Below are positions 57,394-64,000 of a stretch of DNA of 64,000 nucleotides, piece by piece. The stretch is from a virus. Positions within the stretch are counted from its first letter, which is position 1. Each line of letters starts with the position of its first letter. A program made the translations under genes and the position numbers. The notes under the pieces were generated by a model that saw only the letters and a list, made by a program, of their open reading frames with translations, was not told the origin of the DNA and did no database searches. The stretch is taken from positions 19,344 to 83,343 of the IMG/VR virus record IMGVR_UViG_3300002920_000044. One strand, written 5' to 3'.

Positions 57394-57807
57394 ATGTGGA
57401 AAAACTTATGGAGATGGCTAGTAGGTGAACCCACTAAAGCTAAAAAACAAACTGACGCCCCAAAACTAACTGCTAAAGAAATAGCAACAATGGCAGGAGA
57501 ACCCTACGTATCAATTGTTAGTGTAGAAATTGACCCGAATAATGTCAATAACGGCAGTTTTGAACTAGACTGGAATGACAAGTTTGTGTTGAATTTAATC
57601 AGAGCAGGGTATCGTATCAACGAAAATGACACTGATAATATGATTGTTGATAGATGGTTTACGCAGGTATGTAGGAATATCGTCATGGAGGTCTATGAAC
57701 AAGAAATGGCTGATCCTGAAAAAAGAATGATGGAAGAAATAAAGAATAGAGACTTGAGGATTATTTCTCGTAAAGACTTGGGCGACGGAAGAACAGAGGT
57801 CAGTTAA
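57394..57807 (+). CDS. Hypothetical phage protein
   Basis: 137 aa, AAGGA RBS, sigma70-like promoter at 57340. Confidence 0.6.
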   Translation: MWKNLWRWLVGEPTKAKKQTDAPKLTAKEIATMAGEPYVSIVSVEIDPNNVNNGSFELDWNDKFVLNLIRAGYRINENDTDNMIVDRWFTQVCRNIVMEVYEQEMADPEKRMMEEIKNRDLRIISRKDLGDGRTEVS

Positions 57808-58391
57808 TGGTAAAATTTGGTAAATTAGTGCCATATATCAGAAACCGTTTAACTCAGCATCATGACTTATATACTTCACTGTGTAAAGCAGAATTGTGGG
57901 AAGAATTATTAAGTAAGGCACTTATTGATGCAGGATTTGGTTCAGATTGGAAACCAGACTATAATCACCAAGTTGGTGTAGATCAAGTAACTGATTGCGG
58001 AATCAGAATTAGCAACAAGGGCGGTATATTTTTAAATAACGGTAATGGAATGAAGATATCTGGATCTAGACTTACTTCTCATAAAACACTTGAGGATAAG
58101 CTTAAATTTCTCTCAAACAAAACAGAAGATTATATTTTTTGTCTTGCCTCTGACAAGAGAGATAAAAAAATACATTCTTCCCCAGTTTATTATTTTATTG
58201 TAATTGATTCTGCTAAACTTGATTATCACAATGCAGTATGGACTGTTAACTATAATACTAACGGAAACGTAAAAAGTTATCTAGGAATTGGTAATGGATA
58301 TGAGGCAACTATCAATTGTTCAATGTCAGATCAGATATGGACTAAGATAGAATCTGCATTATTTGAGGAAAAGTACAAAATTATAATATGA
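57807..58391 (+). CDS. Hypothetical protein, possible PD-(D/E)XK restriction-like nuclease
   Basis: ELWEE...VGVDQVTD...ISNKGG could be a D...SxK variant; overlaps the adjacent methyltransferase gene. Confidence 0.35.
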   Translation: MVKFGKLVPYIRNRLTQHHDLYTSLCKAELWEELLSKALIDAGFGSDWKPDYNHQVGVDQVTDCGIRISNKGGIFLNNGNGMKISGSRLTSHKTLEDKLKFLSNKTEDYIFCLASDKRDKKIHSSPVYYFIVIDSAKLDYHNAVWTVNYNTNGNVKSYLGIGNGYEATINCSMSDQIWTKIESALFEEKYKIII

Positions 58392-59134
58392 CAAACATAC
58401 AACTATATCACGGTGATTGTCTAGAATTACTTGGTGATATTCCAAACAACTCAATTGATATGCTATTAGTAGATTTACCTTATGGCACCACAGCATGTAA
58501 GTGGGACAGTGTTATTCCTTTAGAACAATTATGGGAACACTATAACCGAATATGCAAAGAAGAAGCTGCGATGGTTTTTACTGCTGCCCAACCCTTTACT
58601 ACTATTTTGATTAATTCAAATATTGCCAATTTCAAATATGAATGGATATGGGAAAAACCCCAAGGCACTAATCCTATGTGTGCAAAGATAATGCCTTTGA
58701 AGTCACATGAAAATATCCTTGTTTTTGCAAGAAAGAAAACCAAATATTATCCGCAAATGGAACAGGGAACACCTTACAAAGGGTTTCATAGTGACAAAGC
58801 TACAATAGGAAAAGTATACGGGCAAGCAAAGTCAAAGCACCGAGACAATCCAGAAGGAACTCGTTATCCTAAAACTGTTTTACGTTTTAAACAGGAAAAA
58901 GGATTTCATCCTACACAAAAACCTGTTCCTCTCATGGAATATCTAATCAAAACTTACACAGATGAAGGTGACACAGTCTTAGATAATACAATGGGTTCAG
59001 GAACAACTGGTGTAGCTTGTAAGAATTTAGGCAGAAATTTTATCGGTATGGAACAAGATAAAGAATATTTTCGCATTGCAAATGATAGAATATTTTCAAA
59101 AGAATTTAACCACCCCTTATTTGAAGAAGAATAG
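58388..59134 (+). CDS. DNA N4-cytosine/N6-adenine methyltransferase (beta class)
   Basis: IYHGDCLE-like N-terminus, VDLPYG (motif IV), HPTQKP and VLDNTMGSGTTG (motif I). Confidence 0.9.
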   Translation: MTNIQLYHGDCLELLGDIPNNSIDMLLVDLPYGTTACKWDSVIPLEQLWEHYNRICKEEAAMVFTAAQPFTTILINSNIANFKYEWIWEKPQGTNPMCAKIMPLKSHENILVFARKKTKYYPQMEQGTPYKGFHSDKATIGKVYGQAKSKHRDNPEGTRYPKTVLRFKQEKGFHPTQKPVPLMEYLIKTYTDEGDTVLDNTMGSGTTGVACKNLGRNFIGMEQDKEYFRIANDRIFSKEFNHPLFEEE

Positions 59135-59217
59135 TAAAACTTAGAATGAGTATAAATTTTAAGTTTGACTTATCAGCATATTTGTTGTAAAATATATACA
59201 TATTACAGGATATTATA

Positions 59218-60231
59218 ATGAAATATGCATTGGTAGACTTAGCTAATTCTTTTTTCCGAGCACGACATATTGCTTCTCGTAATTCAGATATTTGGGAGAA
59301 GCTGGGTATGGCCATCCATATCACATTAGTTTCGGTTAACTCTATTGCAAGAAATTATAACATCGACCACGTTGTATTCTGTCTTGAGGGCAGGTCATGG
59401 CGTAAAGACATTTATCCCAAATATAAGGCAAATCGCAGATTAGATGAATCTGCCATGACCGAAGCTGAGATTGAAGAGAATCAATTGTTTTGGGACACTT
59501 ACGAAGATTTCACTAAGTTTTTGCGAAATAAAACCAATGCCAGTGTTATCAGGTGCCCCAACGCAGAAGCCGATGACATTATTGCTAGGTTTATTGCCTT
59601 GCATCCTGATGACGAACACTTTATTGTTTCAACTGATAGTGACTTTGTACAGCTTATCAGCAAGAGTGTCAAGCAATACAATGGTGCAACTAACCAGCTT
59701 ATTACTATTGATGGATACTTTGATGACAAGGGCAATCAAGTAGTCGATAAAAAGACTAAAGAGCCAAAAATTCTTGAAGATCCTAAGTACCAATTATTCA
59801 AGAAAATTATTCGTGGTGATGCTACTGACAACATCTTTAGTGCATATCCTGGTGTAAGGGAAAAAGGCACCAAGAACACTGTGGGTATTCGTGAAGCATT
59901 TGACGACCGCAATAAGCAAGGCTTCAAGTGGAACAACTTCATGTTACAGCGTTGGATTGACCATGAACAAAATGAACATATAGTTAAGGATATGTATGAC
60001 TTGAATCGTACTCTTATCGACCTTAATGCTCAACCAGACAAAATTAAACAGGATGTAGATAACTCTATTATAGAACAGCTACAGACTAAACCTCATCCCA
60101 TGGTGGGTGTTCAATTGATGAAATTTGCCGGCAAATATGAATTGGTCAAGATCGGTGAACAGGCTGATACATATAGTAAATGGCTCAATAAGGTCTATCC
60201 TGGTAAACTAAGGGTAAATCAAGATGGATAA
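59218..60231 (+). CDS. rnh: T4 RNase H-like 5'-3' exonuclease (FEN family)
   Basis: LVDLAN, FCLEGRSWRKDIYPKYKANR, EADDIIA, STDSDFVQL and GDATDNI. Confidence 0.88.
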   Translation: MKYALVDLANSFFRARHIASRNSDIWEKLGMAIHITLVSVNSIARNYNIDHVVFCLEGRSWRKDIYPKYKANRRLDESAMTEAEIEENQLFWDTYEDFTKFLRNKTNASVIRCPNAEADDIIARFIALHPDDEHFIVSTDSDFVQLISKSVKQYNGATNQLITIDGYFDDKGNQVVDKKTKEPKILEDPKYQLFKKIIRGDATDNIFSAYPGVREKGTKNTVGIREAFDDRNKQGFKWNNFMLQRWIDHEQNEHIVKDMYDLNRTLIDLNAQPDKIKQDVDNSIIEQLQTKPHPMVGVQLMKFAGKYELVKIGEQADTYSKWLNKVYPGKLRVNQDG

Positions 60232-60462
60232 AGATTTATATAAAACTTACTTTTGAGAGACAAGTAGATGGTTATAGAAGAAGATTATTAACGCTTTTTC
60301 TAATAAACAACACGACTTAAGCAACTAGGGCTATCATGGTTAACGAAAATTCTCATTATTATACCAAGAACTATAACCAAAATATCGGGCCTGTTACTGA
60401 TGATAAACTAGCATGGATTTCATAAGAGAAATAATAGTTATTAGTCACCGAAAAGGATAATT

Positions 60463-60918
60463 ATGAATAAGCTTATTGCAAAACCTATCATTGACGAACA
60501 TTATTGGATTGTAACTGACGGTAATAAAAAGATTGGCAACATAAAGCTATCCAACCATAACATATATGAAGTCACTTTATCTGGTAATAGTCTAAACTTC
60601 CCCACAATGGATAGCTTAACTCAAGCTATTAAAATTTCTTTCCAAAAAAATCCCCTTAAAAAATTGCCAGAAATACCGTATCCTGATTATCCCACCCCAA
60701 AGCAAATATTTAATAGTATGGCAGATATTCAGAGGGGATTGCACTTGTTTACCAAAAACAAGAAAAGCAAGTGCTATTATGCTGCTGGTTACTTTATCAT
60801 AAATTTCGGCAATACCAAAGAGGTTGTGTTCTGCCCCAAGTATATCTTTATACAACGTTATAATTATCAAGGCCCCTTCAAAACAAAAGATGAAGCTTTA
60901 GCTAACATAAATAACTGA
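60463..60918 (+). CDS. Hypothetical phage protein
   Basis: 151 aa ORF with AAGGA RBS. Confidence 0.6.
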   Translation: MNKLIAKPIIDEHYWIVTDGNKKIGNIKLSNHNIYEVTLSGNSLNFPTMDSLTQAIKISFQKNPLKKLPEIPYPDYPTPKQIFNSMADIQRGLHLFTKNKKSKCYYAAGYFIINFGNTKEVVFCPKYIFIQRYNYQGPFKTKDEALANINN

Positions 60919-61121
60919 TGCAGTATATTAGAAAATTTTTAGAAAAAGCAACCATAGCTGAAAAAAAGACTAAGAAAGACTTAGTTCTTTCTATCGACGA
61001 AGTGCGCGGGCTTAAGGATGACATATCTAATCTTTTAGCCGATTTGTACGAAAAAAACAAGAATACACCAGAACAAGAGATTATAGTAGAAATTAAGGGT
61101 AGGTCATTTAAGGATGAGTAA
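60918..61121 (+). CDS. Hypothetical protein
   Basis: 67 aa, overlapping start and stop with its neighbours. Confidence 0.55.
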   Translation: MQYIRKFLEKATIAEKKTKKDLVLSIDEVRGLKDDISNLLADLYEKNKNTPEQEIIVEIKGRSFKDE

Positions 61122-61410
61122 GGTTCAGCCAACAGTTCTTGTAGAATATATAGATAAAACCACTTATAAGGTAGACCAAGTTCTCGTTGCTGCTGGCGTG
61201 TGGTCAGTGTTCTATGATGGACAACCTATTAACTTGAAATCGTTTCACTACCTTTCTAGTGATATTGCTCCCAAATACAAGAAGACAAGCTTTAGTAATC
61301 CTGGACATGCTAGGAACTTGTGTCGTAAGCTTAATACTCAATTCAAGACTGATAAATTTACAGTTGTGTTTATGAATACGGGAAGAGTAATATTTCCTGA
61401 TGAGTCATAA
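61114..61410 (+). CDS. Hypothetical phage protein
   Basis: 98 aa, coupled ORF. Confidence 0.55.
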   Translation: MSKVQPTVLVEYIDKTTYKVDQVLVAAGVWSVFYDGQPINLKSFHYLSSDIAPKYKKTSFSNPGHARNLCRKLNTQFKTDKFTVVFMNTGRVIFPDES

Positions 61411-61777
61411 TAGCAAAGAATATTGGGTAAAATACCTTTTAGACAAAGACACATCTAAGGTTGTTACATTACATGACAATATTGAAAACTACATTAAAGA
61501 TTGGTTTTCTAGCTTGCCTTCTTCCGATAGTTTAAGATTATCTGATAAGGGTAAGTACTATTTTGACCTTATACTGGGTGAGTATTATGATTTCACTGCT
61601 ACCCGAAAAACACGTTCGTATACTAAAGCTTTATATTATGTATTCTTAGGCAAAAAGTTACATGTGCCTTTTCATGTAGAAATAGATAAAGAGACAGTTA
61701 TTATACGACTATATGATAAAAAAACAGCCTTATTGATAATGTTATATGGAGGTATTGAAGATTATTTGGGTAAATGA
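61400..61777 (+). CDS. Hypothetical protein
   Basis: 125 aa, coupled ORF. Confidence 0.5.
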   Translation: MSHNSKEYWVKYLLDKDTSKVVTLHDNIENYIKDWFSSLPSSDSLRLSDKGKYYFDLILGEYYDFTATRKTRSYTKALYYVFLGKKLHVPFHVEIDKETVIIRLYDKKTALLIMLYGGIEDYLGK

Positions 61778-61843
61778 AATATTGTAAATTTATTACTTTA
61801 TAGTATAAATAAATGTCTACACACATACACAAGGAGAATAAAA

Positions 61844-62113
61844 ATGATTGAAACTGTAATTAAAACATCTTTGGATACTATCTGTGCCACCAGCAAAATG
61901 GTTGTAGATACTTTAGTTAAAGATGAAGCTTTGTCAAAGGCATATGTTGCTTTTATTGACACCCAGGGTGAAATTGCAAAGAAATCAGTAGATGCAGCTG
62001 GCGAGTTTGGCAGGGAGTTTTATAAAGCAGTCACTAAGAGAGAATTTTACTCTGACTTAGTTAAGGCTATGCAGGAAGTCCCAAAGAACTTCAATTTCTT
62101 TACAAAAAAGTAA
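61844..62113 (+). CDS. Small amphipathic helical protein, possibly phasin-like
   Basis: AAGGAG RBS, TATAAATA at 61804, A/K-rich amphipathic helices. Confidence 0.35.
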   Translation: MIETVIKTSLDTICATSKMVVDTLVKDEALSKAYVAFIDTQGEIAKKSVDAAGEFGREFYKAVTKREFYSDLVKAMQEVPKNFNFFTKK

Positions 62114-62131
62114 CATAGAAGGGAAATTATA

Positions 62132-62245
62132 ATGAGTTTTGTTAAAAATTACGAACCTACTATTTCAGTTTGGGTACACAGAATTGGTGCAGGTGTCATT
62201 GTTTCATTGTCACTTATACTACTTGGCATGATAGCTGGTATCTAA
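62132..62245 (+). CDS. 37 aa single-pass membrane peptide (not in the ORF track)
   Basis: MSFVKNYEPTISVWVHRIGAGVIVSLSLILLGMIAGI with AAGGGA RBS. Confidence 0.45.
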   Translation: MSFVKNYEPTISVWVHRIGAGVIVSLSLILLGMIAGI

Positions 62246-62261
62246 TTTGGGAAATAGCTAG

Positions 62262-62522
62262 ATGTCCGATAAAAGGTTTGATTTTAAGGTAAATTCAAAC
62301 AAGAACGGCTATGAAATTAGGACTGACATTCTGGGGCTAGCTGAAAAGCTAGTCCTAGAAGAATATAAGGCCAAACTAGCTGGGTGGGAGTTTGAGTGCA
62401 AAAAGAACGGCGGGCAAATTGTTACTAGTGTAACTATGCCAGAATTTCCTGGAATAGAACAAGTTCTTGAAACAGCACAGAAGCTTTATAATTTTGTCTG
62501 CAATCCAACTGACAAGAAATAA
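62262..62522 (+). CDS. Hypothetical protein
   Basis: 86 aa ORF. Confidence 0.55.
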   Translation: MSDKRFDFKVNSNKNGYEIRTDILGLAEKLVLEEYKAKLAGWEFECKKNGGQIVTSVTMPEFPGIEQVLETAQKLYNFVCNPTDKK

Positions 62523-62862
62523 AGTTTGTAAAAGCTTAAAGTAAAATTATAATGCCTGAACACCCAATACCTTCCTGTAACTAAGTTACAGTTGCAACAA
62601 CTTCATATTTTAGATACCGCAAAGATTATTATAATGATATAGACAAAAGATCAAGGTTTAAACATAATCAATTTATATTGGTCTGGCACGTTAGACATTA
62701 ATGTGAATATCAACTGACAACAGAGAAGAACATCTACAAACCTTTTGTAAGTGTTGTCATATATCAGGATAAAGATTACCCTTCTCTTTGTAGAAAACTT
62801 AAAAAGTCTTGACTTAAGTTATACAAACTGTTATAACCAAATTGTAATTAAAGAGGTTTGTT

Positions 62863-63312
62863 ATGCGTGTTTGTGTAACTTATGAAGAAATCTGTACCAA
62901 TTCGTATTATAGTGGCGAACAATACGGTGATTGGTCAGAAAGCTATTTAAGTTCAATCACTGGGGTCTATCGTTTAGATGACGGGGAAGACGGGCCTTGT
63001 CATAGTGAAACTTTCTTGGTTCTTGATGATGCCACTTCAGTATACGTAGTCTATATGATTTATGATACTGGCGATAGTTTCGGTTGTGCTGAGGGAAAAA
63101 TCAGTATCATACACGCCACTGCTAATAAAGAAGCTGCATATTCTTTAGTCAAGAAAATTAATGAAAACCCTGACACTTACACTATCACTATTATTGATGA
63201 TTTTGGAAGAAATACCAGCATCTACAACCCGGGCAATGGACACTTTAAACACATTAGATATGTTAATATTGAGAAGTTTGATATTGACTTTCTGAAAATT
63301 CCACAAACCTAA
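62863..63312 (+). CDS. Hypothetical protein
   Basis: GAGG RBS; sigma70 promoter at 62809. Confidence 0.6.
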   Translation: MRVCVTYEEICTNSYYSGEQYGDWSESYLSSITGVYRLDDGEDGPCHSETFLVLDDATSVYVVYMIYDTGDSFGCAEGKISIIHATANKEAAYSLVKKINENPDTYTITIIDDFGRNTSIYNPGNGHFKHIRYVNIEKFDIDFLKIPQT

Positions 63313-63548
63313 AAGTGTAAATATCTTGTGAAATCAAATAAGTTTTCGTTCTTTATTTTTGGTTGCCTTGCCCATGTTGTAATTTTCCATATTCAATATA
63401 TGAAAAAAGAGCAAATACAAAAAATCGACCTCTTAGTAATTTACTTGGTATAATGTGTTTGCTGTACCGCGTGAATGATAAAAACCAAACATTGAGAAAA
63501 GAAATTTTATATAGGAAGTTTTAAAATAATTATAGGAGTAGTAATATA

Positions 63549-63995
63549 ATGGGTCTAGACATGTACCTATTTGCTAACCGTCATGTTTGGAACTTTGATG
63601 AAGGTGTCGGTGCTAGACTTTCCTCAGAGGTCGGTAAGATCTTGGGTCTTTCTAATGATATCCAGTTAGTCCAACTTAGATTTGAAATTGGATATTGGCG
63701 CAAAGCCAACCATATTCATCGCTGGTTTGTAAAGAATATTCAGCAGGATAAAGATGATTGCGGGTTTTACGATGTTTATGAACATAACCTGTTGAGTCTC
63801 AAAAATGACTGTGAGAAAGTGCTAGCAGATAGAGATTTGGCTAGCAAAATTTTACCTACTCAAGCCGGGTTCTTTTTCGGTAGTAAGGATTATGACGAAT
63901 GGTATTATAACTCGTTGAAAGACACTATTGAAATTATTGATAGGGCCTTAGAGCTTGGTAATCAATTCTTGTTTCAATATCATTCAAGTTGGTAA
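63549..63995 (+). CDS. Conserved phage hypothetical protein (MGLDMY...YWRKAN type)
   Basis: AGGAG RBS; MGLDMYL, IGYWRKANHIHRWFV and GFFFGS..YDEWY motifs. Confidence 0.6.
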   Translation: MGLDMYLFANRHVWNFDEGVGARLSSEVGKILGLSNDIQLVQLRFEIGYWRKANHIHRWFVKNIQQDKDDCGFYDVYEHNLLSLKNDCEKVLADRDLASKILPTQAGFFFGSKDYDEWYYNSLKDTIEIIDRALELGNQFLFQYHSSW

Positions 63996-64000
63996 TAAGA

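Noticed and set aside
1-64000. Stop-codon reassignment (code 15 or 4) to explain interrupted genes
   Set aside because: Long conserved genes (PolB, ClpA, GuaC) are intact under code 11 and end at the expected places with TAA, TGA or TAG. The clearest interruption is a TAA, and TAA is the commonest true stop here.
1-64000. CRISPR array, tRNA or rRNA genes
   Set aside because: No regularly spaced repeat-spacer units and no cloverleaf with a T-loop consensus were seen in the intergenic gaps. Short matches such as ttcgaacc lie within CDSs. A tRNAscan run would be needed to exclude tRNAs fully.

Overview
AT-rich, gene-dense 64 kb segment of a large, probably jumbo, tailed dsDNA phage related to the T4 superfamily. 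It is nearly all + strand and uses the standard genetic code. No tRNA, rRNA or CRISPR array was recognised. Four blocks: (1) 1-13.6 kb, virion genes (tail-tube-like, gp4-like head completion, GH19 endolysin, acidic head/core proteins, collagen tail fibre with an S74 chaperone domain, Ig-domain protein). (2) 13.6-23 kb, a DnaE-like fragment, GroES, clamp loader, PhoH, DnaJ and ClpA. (3) 23-39 kb, an island under T4-late-type ATAAATA promoters. Many of its proteins begin with a leader resembling the T4 internal-protein capsid-targeting sequence (M-K/R-x-x-E/D-F/I-L-x-E) and carry [ILV]-x-E prohead-protease-like sites. They include two COOH-NH2 amidoligases (one fused to a gamma-glutamylcyclotransferase), a zincin peptidase, a DUF6513/adenylate-kinase-like fusion and a PcfJ-like protein, alongside Dps and an outer-membrane beta-barrel. 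(4) 39-64 kb, sigma70-promoter replication and DNA-modification genes: PolB, sliding clamp, and a 7-deazaguanine cluster (DpdA-like transglycosylase, FolE, QueD, QueE, a second QueD paralogue, no QueC in the window). This cluster is interleaved with two glycosyltransferases, a sugar epimerase, GuaC, a purine PRTase and a MazG-like protein; two DNA methyltransferases, UvsE and RNase H follow. The two best leads are a possible virion-packaged peptide-ligase/eraser enzyme cargo and a possibly new, glycosylated deazaguanine DNA modification. All family assignments come from motif recognition by eye; no database search was run.
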